Assembly (NCBI GenBank): GCA_964636285.1
Contig: CAZWQF010000006.1
Location: 938-64,937 of the forward strand
Length of the DNA stretch: 64,000 bases
Reading direction: 5' to 3'
Source of the DNA: an uncultured Candidatus Saccharibacteria bacterium
GTDB lineage: Bacteria; Patescibacteriota; WWE3; UBA101185; 2-01-FULL-41-18
In this document: positions 8,956-18,593 of the stretch, piece by piece
How positions within the stretch are numbered: position 1 is the first letter of the stretch
How the letters are laid out: each line of letters starts with the position of its first letter
Program-made: the position numbers and the translations under genes
The notes under the pieces: model-generated
Databases searched by the model: none
What the model was told of the DNA's origin: nothing
Seen by the model: only the letters and a program-made list of their open reading frames with translations

Positions 8956-10104
8956 ATGCAGGAAGCCAAAATCGCCATCATTCACGACTACATGACAGCC
9001 TTTGGTGGTGCTGAAAGAGTACTTAAAGCAATCCACGACCTCTTCCCAAAAGCAGTAGTTTTTACATCCTCTTATGACCCAGAATCCATGCCAGAAGAAT
9101 TTAAGACCTGGGAAATTAGGACAACAGGAGTAGATAAGCTTCCGCTCTTTTCTTCACTTTCCAAGCACTACACAGCGCTTTACCCAGTCTATTTTGAGAA
9201 CTTTGACTTAAGCGAATTTGACATAATAATCTCCTCATCAACAGCATGGAGCAAAGCAGTCATCACAAAGCCCCACCAGCTTCATATTTGCTACTGCCAC
9301 ACGCCAGCCCGCTTTTTATATAAATACTCAGGTGAATCAAACAAAAGAAATACTTGGTATTACAAACCATTTGTTGGATTTATAGACAACATTTTACGAA
9401 CATGGGACTTTGCCTCTGCACAAAGACCTAACTTTATAGTTGCAAACTCAAATACAGTAGCAGATAGAATCAGAAAATTTTATAGAAGAGAGCCTGACGC
9501 TGTAATTTACCCACCAGTTAAAACCGAATATGACGTAGTACTGCCACAAGAAGGAGCGCACAGAATAGAGAACAACTACTTCCTTATGGTCTCAAGACTT
9601 TCAGCATACAAAAATGTGCACCTAGTCATTGAGGCGTTTAATAGAATGAAAACCCCACTAAGAATAGTTGGAGCAGGCAAAGAAATAGAGCACCTTAAAA
9701 AAATTGCTCGAATGGACATAGCATTCCTTGGAAAAGTTTCAGAGAGGGAACTCAACATTCTTTACCAAAACTCAAAAGGGCTCATTTTCCCAGTACAAGA
9801 TGAGGACTTTGGCATATCCCCAGTGGAAGCAATGGCTCACGGAAAACCGGTGCTTTCTCACAAATCTGGAGGCCCTACAGAATACATAGAGGAGGGTAAA
9901 ACAGGAATGTTTTTTGACGATATATCAGTAGAAGGAATAATTAATGCAGTTGATAAGTTTGATGCCGCTATCACAGCTAACACATACGACTCAGGTTACA
10001 TTAAACAGGCGGCAAAAAGATTTGATGAAAAAGTGTTTGCAGAAAACTTTAGAAAATTTGTAGAAGAAAAATGGACAGGATATGCCGGAGCTCCCAGAAG
10101 TTGA
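8956..10104 (+). CDS. Glycosyltransferase family 4
   Basis: GGAERV, SRLSAYK, EDFGISPVEAMA (Ex7E). Confidence 0.92.
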   Translation: MQEAKIAIIHDYMTAFGGAERVLKAIHDLFPKAVVFTSSYDPESMPEEFKTWEIRTTGVDKLPLFSSLSKHYTALYPVYFENFDLSEFDIIISSSTAWSKAVITKPHQLHICYCHTPARFLYKYSGESNKRNTWYYKPFVGFIDNILRTWDFASAQRPNFIVANSNTVADRIRKFYRREPDAVIYPPVKTEYDVVLPQEGAHRIENNYFLMVSRLSAYKNVHLVIEAFNRMKTPLRIVGAGKEIEHLKKIARMDIAFLGKVSERELNILYQNSKGLIFPVQDEDFGISPVEAMAHGKPVLSHKSGGPTEYIEEGKTGMFFDDISVEGIINAVDKFDAAITANTYDSGYIKQAAKRFDEKVFAENFRKFVEEKWTGYAGAPRS

Positions 10105-10942
10105 AACAATTTCAAAAGATTTAAATAAAGAACTAGCAGGCAAGACTATTAAAAAAGCTTTGGTTGCAAAGGATTATAAAACTTTCCCAGAACCAAAAGA
10201 ATTCATAAAACTTTTAGTCAATTCCAAAATAAAAGAAGTAACTAGAATTGCAAAAGTAATTGTTTTTATTTTTGAAAATAAAGAAGAGAAACTAACTTTT
10301 CATCTTGCCATGACGGGAAGAGTATTACTTCATAATTCCCATAACGATAGTTTAGGAGAAGATGCTTTTTCCAAAGTTTCTCATAAAGAGAAACACATAA
10401 AAGTGTGTCTGCAATTTGAGGATAGTTCATTTCTAACTTTCTCAGATGTGAGAATGTTTGGGTACGCAAAGATAATTAATTTGGAGGAATCAGAAAAACT
10501 AGAAAAAAAGTATGGGCCAACTCCTTTTCACAAAGACCTAACGCCAGAAAAACTCCTCGTCATTTTAAAATCCAGGAAAACTCAGATAAAAAGAGCGCTA
10601 CTTGAACAAGATTTAATTTCCGGACTTGGAAACATCTATGCAAACGATTCTCTATGGCTTTCTCAAATTCACCCGGAGCGAATTACCCATTCGATCACGC
10701 TTGAAGAAGCAGAAAAACTACTACTAGCAATGAAGCAAATACTAACTGAAGGAATAGCCCACAGAGGATCCACTCTCGACGATAAAATGTATGTAGACAT
10801 CTACGGTAAAGAAGGCTCCCATCAAAACCACTTTAGAGCTTATGGAAAAGCGCAGGTGCCTTGTGCAAGATGCGGAACCAAAATAAATGCTATAGTTGTT
10901 GCTCAAAGATCAACTTTCTTCTGCCCTAAATGTCAGGTATGA
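10082..10942 (+). CDS. mutM: Formamidopyrimidine-DNA glycosylase
   Basis: N-terminal PELPEVE, HLAMTG, GLGNIYA, C-terminal C4 zinc finger. Confidence 0.96.
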   Translation: MPELPEVETISKDLNKELAGKTIKKALVAKDYKTFPEPKEFIKLLVNSKIKEVTRIAKVIVFIFENKEEKLTFHLAMTGRVLLHNSHNDSLGEDAFSKVSHKEKHIKVCLQFEDSSFLTFSDVRMFGYAKIINLEESEKLEKKYGPTPFHKDLTPEKLLVILKSRKTQIKRALLEQDLISGLGNIYANDSLWLSQIHPERITHSITLEEAEKLLLAMKQILTEGIAHRGSTLDDKMYVDIYGKEGSHQNHFRAYGKAQVPCARCGTKINAIVVAQRSTFFCPKCQV

Positions 10943-11997
10943 AAATCACAGAATTAAATCTTCAGAACTTTAGAAACTTTCACAAAATAAAGTTTGAGCT
11001 TGAGGGAACAACGGTCATTTATGGTCCAAATGCTTCAGGCAAGTCTTCCATTATTGAAGCCGTAAATCTTCTGGCAACAGGGCATTCAATGAGAGCAGGC
11101 TTTGATAGGGATATGGTTTCCTTCAATAAAGATCATTCAAAAGTCGAAGGCAAAACGGACACTACAAAGCTGGAAATTTCAATTGCAAAAAGTGAAGTGG
11201 CAGAAAATCTTGCTAGGAAAAAATACAAAGTAAACGGAGTTGCCAGGATGCTTAATAACTTTGCTGGAAATTTTAAGTGCGTAACATTTACACCACTTGA
11301 TCTAGAAGTTATTACTGACGGGCCTCAGGTCAGAAGGCGTTATCTTGACCTCATACTTTTTCAAACTAGCAGAGAGTACAGGACCTCCCACACAAACCTC
11401 ACAAAAGTAATTAAAAATAGAAATAAAATTCTTGAGAAAATAAATGAATTTGGAAAAGGCTATAACGAAATTGGTTTTTGGAATGATCTTCTTGTAAAGG
11501 AAAGCGAAGTAATTCATAAACACAGAAAAAACTTTTTCCATTCGATAAAAGATAAAATAAATTCCCACGGGAAATCTTTGGACCCAACATGTGAAACCCT
11601 TGAAATCCATTACAAAGTAAATGAGGCTACATTTGAAAGGATTAAGGAGTACCAAATAAAAGAAATTGCCTCCAAAAGTACCCTTTTAGGACCAAACAGA
11701 GACGACTTCTCTATACTTTTAAATAAAAGAGAAATTGGGAGTTTTGGATCAAGAGGCCAGCAAAGAGCAGCAGTTCTCTCCCTAAAACTCAGTGAGATAG
11801 ATTTTCTTGAAGAAAGCTCTCTAGAAAATGAAAGGCCAGTACTTTTACTTGATGATATTTTTTCAGAACTAGATGAAAAGCATAGGGAGCAAATATTAAA
11901 CATCGTGGAGCTTCAGCAGACAATTATTACCACAGCAGACAAGCACTACCTAAAAGAGTTCCCCTCCTTTGAAAAGGTAATAAACCTTGAAAAGTGA
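10939..11997 (+). CDS. recF: DNA replication/repair protein RecF
   Basis: NFRN, GPNASGKS Walker A, GPxRDD, SRGQQR, LLLDDIFSELD. Confidence 0.93.
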   Translation: MKITELNLQNFRNFHKIKFELEGTTVIYGPNASGKSSIIEAVNLLATGHSMRAGFDRDMVSFNKDHSKVEGKTDTTKLEISIAKSEVAENLARKKYKVNGVARMLNNFAGNFKCVTFTPLDLEVITDGPQVRRRYLDLILFQTSREYRTSHTNLTKVIKNRNKILEKINEFGKGYNEIGFWNDLLVKESEVIHKHRKNFFHSIKDKINSHGKSLDPTCETLEIHYKVNEATFERIKEYQIKEIASKSTLLGPNRDDFSILLNKREIGSFGSRGQQRAAVLSLKLSEIDFLEESSLENERPVLLLDDIFSELDEKHREQILNIVELQQTIITTADKHYLKEFPSFEKVINLEK

Positions 11998-12009
11998 TAA
12001 TCTAAATAC

Positions 12010-12483
12010 ATGCAGTATGAAAAGTCAGTTGGTGTTGTTGTGTACAGGGAAAACCAATCTGAAGTCGAGTTTCTTTTACTAGAAGCCCCAAGGCTTGCAG
12101 CAAAACCTGAAGATACAAAAAATAAAACGTACTGGTCTTTTCCTAAAGGGCACCAAGAAAAAGGAGAAACCGATCATCAGACCGCGTTCAGGGAGATAAA
12201 AGAAGAAACTGGAATTACACTTGTTGAGTTAGATCGTGGCTTTAAAGAGATAGAAAAATACTTCTATAGAAGAGATGGAGAATTAAGAAGTAAAACCATT
12301 GTCTATTACCTTTCCAAAGTCTCCTATAATACAGCAGTAACAATTTCTGACGAGCACATCAACTACGAATGGACAGAAAAAGACAAAGCTCTTGAGCTTC
12401 TAAAAATTAAGCCTGCTAAAGCCATGCTTCTTAAAGCTTCTGAACACATACTCAATGGAAAAAACCAACTTTCCATGCTATGA
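12010..12483 (+). CDS. NUDIX hydrolase (Ap4A hydrolase-like)
   Basis: WSFPKGH and Nudix box GE...AFREIKEETG; SDEH. Confidence 0.88.
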   Translation: MQYEKSVGVVVYRENQSEVEFLLLEAPRLAAKPEDTKNKTYWSFPKGHQEKGETDHQTAFREIKEETGITLVELDRGFKEIEKYFYRRDGELRSKTIVYYLSKVSYNTAVTISDEHINYEWTEKDKALELLKIKPAKAMLLKASEHILNGKNQLSML

Positions 12484-12490
12484 TGCGCCC

Positions 12491-12598
12491 ATGGGACAAA
12501 TAATAGAAGGTGTAATCGGTGCGGTTGTAGGGGCAGTTTTAGCGGTTATTGATGCCGTTGTTGGCGCTATCACAGCAATCCTCAGCATCGGTAGATAA
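12491..12598 (+). CDS. 35 aa hydrophobic/amphipathic peptide absent from the ORF track
   Basis: MGQIIEGVIGAVVGAVLAVIDAVVGAITAILSIGR; TATGAT 6 nt before ATG; fills the intergenic gap. Confidence 0.65.
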   Translation: MGQIIEGVIGAVVGAVLAVIDAVVGAITAILSIGR

Positions 12599-12616
12599 AA
12601 CTTGTAGCTACCGTCT

Positions 12617-13681
12617 TTGCGGGAAATATGCAAGAATTATTGCGTGTACTTTCCCGAGTTTTCTGTAACAACTAACATATTAAATTTTTCGGGACAAATT
12701 GAGGCTGCAAAGGCAGTTATTGAGGTCATTCCAGTAGTCAGTTCGTGGGAAAAAAGCCTTGAAAGGGAAGCGGCCTTAAAAACTATCTACCACTTAAATC
12801 ATTTTGATGGGGTTAAGCTTTCTCAAGAAGAGGTAAAGTACTTTTTTGAAGGTAAAGACGTCTCCACTGCAAAGTCGGTAACTCATGAAATCGAAAACAC
12901 TCAAGAAGCTCTGGACTTTGTGAAAGCAAGACCAGATCTTAACGAGGAAACTCTTAAAATGCTCCACTCAATTCTAGTAAAAGGCATCACTCACGAATCT
13001 AAAACTGGGTATTACAGGAAAACCCCAATCCAAAACTATAACTCAAGCTTCATACAATCCGCAGGTCCCGATGAGGTTGTGGCTAGTCTATTAAGCTTCT
13101 TTGCATGGCTTGAAACCCCAGATGCAAAAGAGATCCCAGCGCCTGTCAGGTCTTCAATCATTTATCTAGAGTTCATAAAAGTGTCCCCATTTGATTCGCA
13201 CAATAAAAAGATTGCTGCACTTTTTGCACTTCTTAATTTGTACATAAATGATTACGATAAATACAAAGCAGTAACAATAGATAAATCCGCAGACGAGAAT
13301 CCAACATCTTTTTTTCAAGCGATTAGGTCAACCCAAAATCCTACAGGAGATATAACAAGATGGATTGAATACTATGTCTCAAACCTAACCCAGGAATTTT
13401 CCGGACTAAAAGATAAGATTGTTTCGTTATCAAAAGAAAATAAAGTAAGAGCAGTGGCAGGGATGGCCCCTTTAAACGAAAGGCAAGAGCGCGTAGTTGA
13501 GTACCTTCACGACTACGGAAGTATTCAGAACAAAGACTTTGCAAGACTTTTTTACGGAATCTCAGAGGATACAATTCTAAGAGACTTGAAAGATTTAATT
13601 TCAAAAAAGATCATACAAAAGGTTGGAAGCACTAAATCTTCAAGATACACAATTGCAACTACAGGAACTGCCGTCAGTTAA
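12617..13681 (+). CDS. Fic-family protein with degenerate active site and C-terminal wHTH
   Basis: Fic-type layout; VSPFDSHNKKIA in place of HPFxDGNGR; C-terminal LNERQ...TILRDLKDL HTH. True start may be GTG 12644. Confidence 0.8.
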   Translation: MREICKNYCVYFPEFSVTTNILNFSGQIEAAKAVIEVIPVVSSWEKSLEREAALKTIYHLNHFDGVKLSQEEVKYFFEGKDVSTAKSVTHEIENTQEALDFVKARPDLNEETLKMLHSILVKGITHESKTGYYRKTPIQNYNSSFIQSAGPDEVVASLLSFFAWLETPDAKEIPAPVRSSIIYLEFIKVSPFDSHNKKIAALFALLNLYINDYDKYKAVTIDKSADENPTSFFQAIRSTQNPTGDITRWIEYYVSNLTQEFSGLKDKIVSLSKENKVRAVAGMAPLNERQERVVEYLHDYGSIQNKDFARLFYGISEDTILRDLKDLISKKIIQKVGSTKSSRYTIATTGTAVS

Positions 13682-13702
13682 GCAACCTGATATACTTCCA
13701 CC

Positions 13703-15505
13703 ATGGAGTTTTCCGTATTTTCAACTTACTTACAAAGGCTGGAATCAACTACAAAAAGGCTTGAAATCACAGCAATACTTGCAGAAATGTTAAAGGAGCT
13801 TGAGCTTTTGGAGACGGATAAAGCTGTGTACCTTTCGCTTGGACAGCTAGGGCCACAGTTTGCTCAAATTGATTTTGCTTTAGCAGAAAAGATGATGCTA
13901 AGAATTCTGGCTGCCGCATTTGTAACAAAGGAGGAAGAAGTACAAAAACTTTATGACAAAATTGGAGATATTGGAACTGTTGCAGAGGAACTTGCAAACA
14001 AAACCACCAGGGTTTCAGGTCAAAAGAAAAAGGGAGGTAGTATCACAATCTTATATGTGTACGAACACTTACTTGAGATAGCGCTTATCAGTGGTACCGG
14101 TTCTCAAGAAAAAAAAGTGTCAAAGTTTGCGGAGCTTATTTCAAAATTGGATCCTCTTTCGGTTAGATATGTCACAAGAATTCCCACAAAAAACACTAGA
14201 CTAGGGTTTTCAGATGTAACAATTATTGAGGCTCTTTCTTGGATGGAAACTGGTGGAAAATCATTAAAAGCAGAAATAGAAAGCTACTTTCATGTGTATC
14301 CGGACATTGGAAAAATTGCAAAACTTTTCAAAGAGGGACAAATAAACGGGCTCAAAAAAGTTCGGCTTGAAGTTGGGGTTCCTATACTTCCTCAGCTATG
14401 CCAAAGAGTTTCAACAGCGGAGGAAGCAATAGAAAAACTTGGGGGGCAGGCAGGTGTTGAAATCAAATACGACGGCACAAGAGTTCAGCTCCACATGGAT
14501 AAAAAACGAATGGTAGAAATGGGCGATTCTGACCAGCTTACTTTTTTTGATAATAAAAAAAAGATGCCTTATGTTAGGTCCTTCACAAGAAACCTTGAAG
14601 AATCAACCAACATGTTTCCAGATTTAGTAAAAGCAGCAATTGAGCAGATTGATGCAGACTCGGTAATTCTTGATGGCGAAGCAGTGGGCTATGATCCAAA
14701 AACTCAAAAGATGATTCCTTTTCAGGAGACAAGTCAGAGAAAAAGAAAGCACGGGATTATGGAAAAAGTTTCTGAAATCCCGTTACGGTATTTTGTGTTC
14801 GACCTACTTTACCTTAACGGGAAACCGCTTTTAGACCTTTCCTTTAACGAGAGGCGTGAGAAATTAAAGAAAATTGTGAGAAAAGGGGAAACAATTGTAG
14901 TAGACGAACAGAGAATTGTAGAGGATCCTGAGGAGCTATTAGAGTTTTTCAATGAGATAAAAGGCCAAGGGCTAGAAGGCGTAGTGATGAAAAAACTTGA
15001 TAGCAAATATGAGGCGGGAGGAAGGGGCTACTCTTGGGTAAAGTTTAAGAGAGAGGAGACAGGCGGACTTGAGGACACAATAGATGGGGTAATCCTTGGC
15101 TACTATCTTGGAAAAGGGAACAGGGCAAAGTTTGGAATTGGAGGTTTCTTGGTAGGACTTTTTGATCCTCAAAAAGATGCGTTTACTACAGTCTGTAAAG
15201 TAGGGAGCGGGCCCACAGAAGAGGAATGGCAGGAAATAAAAAAACGCGTAGATAAAATTAAGACCAAAGAGAAACCTGCTAATCTAGAAATAGATAAAAC
15301 ACTAGTTCCAGACGTTTGGTCAAAACCTGAGATTATAGTTGTGATAAGGGCTGATGAAATTACGGTATCCGAAGTACATACAGCAGGCTATGCATTAAGA
15401 TTTCCAAGACTCATGGCATTTAGAGAAGATAAAAGCGCAACGGATTCAACTACACCAAAAGAAATAAAAAGACTATTTGAAATCCAGCAGAATAAAAGAA
15501 AATAA
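13703..15505 (+). CDS. ATP-dependent DNA ligase
   Basis: EIKYDG motif I, ILDGE, FDLL, EGVVMK, WVKFK, LRFPR. Confidence 0.95.
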   Translation: MEFSVFSTYLQRLESTTKRLEITAILAEMLKELELLETDKAVYLSLGQLGPQFAQIDFALAEKMMLRILAAAFVTKEEEVQKLYDKIGDIGTVAEELANKTTRVSGQKKKGGSITILYVYEHLLEIALISGTGSQEKKVSKFAELISKLDPLSVRYVTRIPTKNTRLGFSDVTIIEALSWMETGGKSLKAEIESYFHVYPDIGKIAKLFKEGQINGLKKVRLEVGVPILPQLCQRVSTAEEAIEKLGGQAGVEIKYDGTRVQLHMDKKRMVEMGDSDQLTFFDNKKKMPYVRSFTRNLEESTNMFPDLVKAAIEQIDADSVILDGEAVGYDPKTQKMIPFQETSQRKRKHGIMEKVSEIPLRYFVFDLLYLNGKPLLDLSFNERREKLKKIVRKGETIVVDEQRIVEDPEELLEFFNEIKGQGLEGVVMKKLDSKYEAGGRGYSWVKFKREETGGLEDTIDGVILGYYLGKGNRAKFGIGGFLVGLFDPQKDAFTTVCKVGSGPTEEEWQEIKKRVDKIKTKEKPANLEIDKTLVPDVWSKPEIIVVIRADEITVSEVHTAGYALRFPRLMAFREDKSATDSTTPKEIKRLFEIQQNKRK

Positions 15506-15553
15506 TTGGCCGCGACTCGGAGATGAAATCAAATTTCTCCGAGCAACGGCCAA
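15506..15553 (-). terminator. Long imperfect 3' hairpin of island 3
   Basis: TTGGCCG..CTCGGAGA / TCTCCGAG..CGGCCAA followed by a T-rich run on the minus strand. Confidence 0.75.
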
Positions 15554-15558
15554 AAGTA

Positions 15559-16158
15559 TCAGTTGTCAGGCCAAGTGACCCTCACAAGAATTCCCCATTC
15601 TTGCTTGTCCCCAGGCTTGCATGGGTAAAACAGGATCTTATAGCCTCCAAACATGGAGACTTCCCCTGTACTCCCATCAAACTGGCTCGAAATCCTGTTT
15701 GAGTTGAACAGGAAGGGGTTCATGATTCGGGCCGAGTCCCTGGGGTAGTCTTCCCTGAGCAAACGGAGGGTATGGTCAGAGTCTCCATACCAGATTTCCG
15801 CCACTCGTTTCACAGTCTCTGGGTAGATGTCAGAAGCCTCCGCAACCGCGTAGTATGCGTCTACGCCATAAAGCGTGAAAATGCCGTGCCCAGATACCGA
15901 ATCGCCTGGAAAGTGACCAAATTTCTGCCCCTTCCAGACTACCTCGAAGCCCTCTGGAGCAACACACGGATAAGGCGCGAGCTCCCCTGGGTAGGCAACA
16001 TAGCGCTGAGGCAAAGTAAAAACCTGCACCACTTGATCGCTCAGCGTCGCAAACCCACCCCAGAACAGCGCAAGGACTGGAGTCAAAACCAACATACCTC
16101 CGACAAGGGCGGCCAACACCAGCTGTCTCCAGCTGAAGTTGTTGTTTTCCTGGCTCAT
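15559..16158 (-). CDS. Orphan island 3, gene b: 199 aa membrane-anchored protein
   Basis: GGAGGT 3 nt before ATG 16158; N-terminal hydrophobic segment; GC-rich. Confidence 0.75.
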   Translation of the reverse strand: MSQENNNFSWRQLVLAALVGGMLVLTPVLALFWGGFATLSDQVVQVFTLPQRYVAYPGELAPYPCVAPEGFEVVWKGQKFGHFPGDSVSGHGIFTLYGVDAYYAVAEASDIYPETVKRVAEIWYGDSDHTLRLLREDYPRDSARIMNPFLFNSNRISSQFDGSTGEVSMFGGYKILFYPCKPGDKQEWGILVRVTWPDN

Positions 16159-16268
16159 ACTACCTCCATGGCGCCACAATGTGTTTGCACTATGGCCTAG
16201 AATTATTTGCTCCAACAAACAAGTAATTGCCTATGGCAGTTACCTTACTTAGACCCAAAGAGCTTACC

Positions 16269-16784
16269 CTATTCTTGTGCCCCAAGGTTTAGAGGGCGCA
16301 CCCTCCACAAGAACGTATCTCCTGTAACAGAACACTCTCCAAAATCAAAGGTCGCTCCTTCAATTGAGATGTAACCCCACTGCTCTATTGCGGAACCTGC
16401 CGGACCCCTAGAGCCGTTTTCAAAAGCATAGGGGACTAAAACGTACCTGTTGGGACTCCCCTCCACGGTGGTCTTGGTAATTGAATACCAGCGAGTCTCG
16501 CTTTTGAACCACATCTCCTTGATGGCCACCAAGCGCCACTCAAACAAGCCACCTGGATGCTCTACCAAACGCAGCTCTCTCTGTGTCGGCCCGTATGAGG
16601 AGACACGCAATTCACCAAGGTCCCCTGCCAAAATGTTGAAGTCTTTGGCAAGAACTCCTCCACTACACATGGTCTTTAAAAGATTGGTGTAGTGATCAAT
16701 GATCGTAGGCATCAGTGTAAAAAAAGCGGTTCCACACACGATGACTACTAGAGGAACGAGAATCCAGGGATTAAACCTTCTCAT
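16269..16784 (-). CDS. Orphan island 3, gene a: 171 aa membrane-anchored protein
   Basis: AGGAGG 5 nt before ATG; N-terminal TM helix. Confidence 0.75.
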   Translation of the reverse strand: MRRFNPWILVPLVVIVCGTAFFTLMPTIIDHYTNLLKTMCSGGVLAKDFNILAGDLGELRVSSYGPTQRELRLVEHPGGLFEWRLVAIKEMWFKSETRWYSITKTTVEGSPNRYVLVPYAFENGSRGPAGSAIEQWGYISIEGATFDFGECSVTGDTFLWRVRPLNLGAQE

Positions 16785-16882
16785 GCTGGCCTCCTACCGC
16801 CATAGCGGTATTTATCCTGGATTAAAAAATCCAGACTAATTAAAGTTTGCAACATTATAGGCTACTTTATAACAGTTTACAA
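16785..16882 (-). promoter_or_regulatory. Island 3 promoter and leader
   Basis: TTGTAA-17-TATAAT; hairpins CTGGATT/AATCCAG and TACCGC/GCGGTA; AGGAGG. Confidence 0.7.
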
Positions 16883-16904
16883 AAACCCTTCACCCCTGTA
16901 ACTT

Positions 16905-17237
16905 ATGCATACTATGCCCATGAAAAGCATTAAAGAAATCCTAACTGAAAAAGCAAGGAACAACCCAAAAGCCAGATACAACAGACACGAGTATCAAGCC
17001 TATGGAAACATGCTTGCAGAGGAACTCAAAGATGAGGAACACCGCTCCCTTTATATAAAATTCGCCAAAACCGTTAACAGAGGTCTTCTTGACGCAGCAC
17101 GCGACTTCATAAAAGGCACAGGAAAATTAAAATCCGGTAGCAAAGCAAGGCTTTTCATGTGGAAGCTTAAGGAGCTTAGATTAAAACAAAAGGAGAAAGA
17201 AGCCACCTTAAAACTAGAACAACAAACAACAAAGTGA
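16905..17237 (+). CDS. Small basic hypothetical protein
   Basis: Background-composition ORF at the head of an operon; true start may be 16914. Confidence 0.7.
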   Translation: MHTMPMKSIKEILTEKARNNPKARYNRHEYQAYGNMLAEELKDEEHRSLYIKFAKTVNRGLLDAARDFIKGTGKLKSGSKARLFMWKLKELRLKQKEKEATLKLEQQTTK

Positions 17238-17249
17238 TATCGTTATAGT

Positions 17250-17798
17250 ATGCTTTTTAAGCTTCTTAATCACTACAAAATCAGGGTGCTAGTTGCCTTA
17301 ACAATAGTAATTGCAATAATTGCCTCCAGAGGTGAGAAACACACGCTCCAAATCATCTTAACTTTGGCTGGTGGTCTTTTAGGAATGCTTATTCCTGACA
17401 TTGAGTACTTTGTCCACAGCTACTGGGACAATCCAGATTCCGAATTCTCCAAAGGTTTCAAAGACCTGATGAATCAAAAAAACTTTCAAGGTCTCTTCAC
17501 ATATGTAAATGCCCACAAACACCTCCTATCAAAAAGAGTAATGCATAGCGTGCTTTTTCAGATAATCCTTGGTGGAATCACCTTATTTCTTGCAACATCT
17601 CAAGGCCCTGCTTTTGGAACGGCGCTAAGCCTAAGCGCTTTCACCCAAACTTTCTACTTAATGTACCAAGAAGTTTCAGAAACAAATTCAATTAACACAT
17701 GGTTTTGGATACTTAAAAGCACCCCAACTAGAACCTGGCAGGGCATTTACGCCACTTGCATGGGATTATTTCTCATTGCAATCTTAGTGGCACTCTAG
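17250..17798 (+). CDS. Multi-pass membrane protein
   Basis: Several hydrophobic helices; LIPDIE and HS motifs reminiscent of YdjM-like membrane hydrolases. Confidence 0.65.
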   Translation: MLFKLLNHYKIRVLVALTIVIAIIASRGEKHTLQIILTLAGGLLGMLIPDIEYFVHSYWDNPDSEFSKGFKDLMNQKNFQGLFTYVNAHKHLLSKRVMHSVLFQIILGGITLFLATSQGPAFGTALSLSAFTQTFYLMYQEVSETNSINTWFWILKSTPTRTWQGIYATCMGLFLIAILVAL

Positions 17799-17819
17799 CT
17801 TGCCCCACATTAAAGCTTT

Positions 17820-18593
17820 ATGTACGGAATTCTGTTTTCTATTGGTCTTGTCCTTTCGGCCTTTGTCGCCCAAAAACTTGCTAAAAAGCAAAGCCTAAAA
17901 ACAGAGGTCTTACTCGATCTTATTTTTTATTCGGTTATTGGAGGAGTTATTGGAGCTAGGATTTTCCATGTTATAGATTACTGGGAACTTTACTCTAAAA
18001 ACCCAGTTCAAATACTTGAGATTTACAAAGGAGGTCTTGGAATCTTTGGAGGGCTGCTTGGGGGAGGCGTTGCCTTCTACCTATTTTTAAGAATTAAGCA
18101 GATTCCCGTTACAGAAATGCTTAAATTTCTTGACGTGTTTGCTGTCTGTATACCGCTTGCTCAATCAATAGGCAGATGGGGAAACTATTTTAATCACGAA
18201 CTGTTTGGGGGCCCAAGCTCTTTACCTATAGCCATTTACATCCCATTTGAATTCAGACCTAAGAACTTAAAAAGCTTTGAAACATTCCACCCACTATTCT
18301 TATACGAGTCCGTTCTAAACTTGGTTCTTTTTGCTGCTTTATATTACCTTTCTACAAAAGCAAAAAAATCAAGTAACAAAGCGCTTAAAATGTTTGACGG
18401 TGACATATTTTTACTGTATCTTTTGGGCTATGGGCTAACAAGACTTGTTCTTGAGCCTTTGCGAATAAGGCACTTTTATGTACAAAACATAAATGCCGTA
18501 ACGGTAATCGCCTTATTACTAATTTTGTTTTCAACTGCCTTGTTTATTTTAAGGAGGAAAAATGGCAACAGTAAAAGAGCCCAAAGAAGTTAA
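17820..18593 (+). CDS. lgt: Prolipoprotein diacylglyceryl transferase
   Basis: YG, GARIFHV, GGLGIFGG, IGRWGNYFNHE, HPLFLYES. Confidence 0.95.
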   Translation: MYGILFSIGLVLSAFVAQKLAKKQSLKTEVLLDLIFYSVIGGVIGARIFHVIDYWELYSKNPVQILEIYKGGLGIFGGLLGGGVAFYLFLRIKQIPVTEMLKFLDVFAVCIPLAQSIGRWGNYFNHELFGGPSSLPIAIYIPFEFRPKNLKSFETFHPLFLYESVLNLVLFAALYYLSTKAKKSSNKALKMFDGDIFLLYLLGYGLTRLVLEPLRIRHFYVQNINAVTVIALLLILFSTALFILRRKNGNSKRAQRS

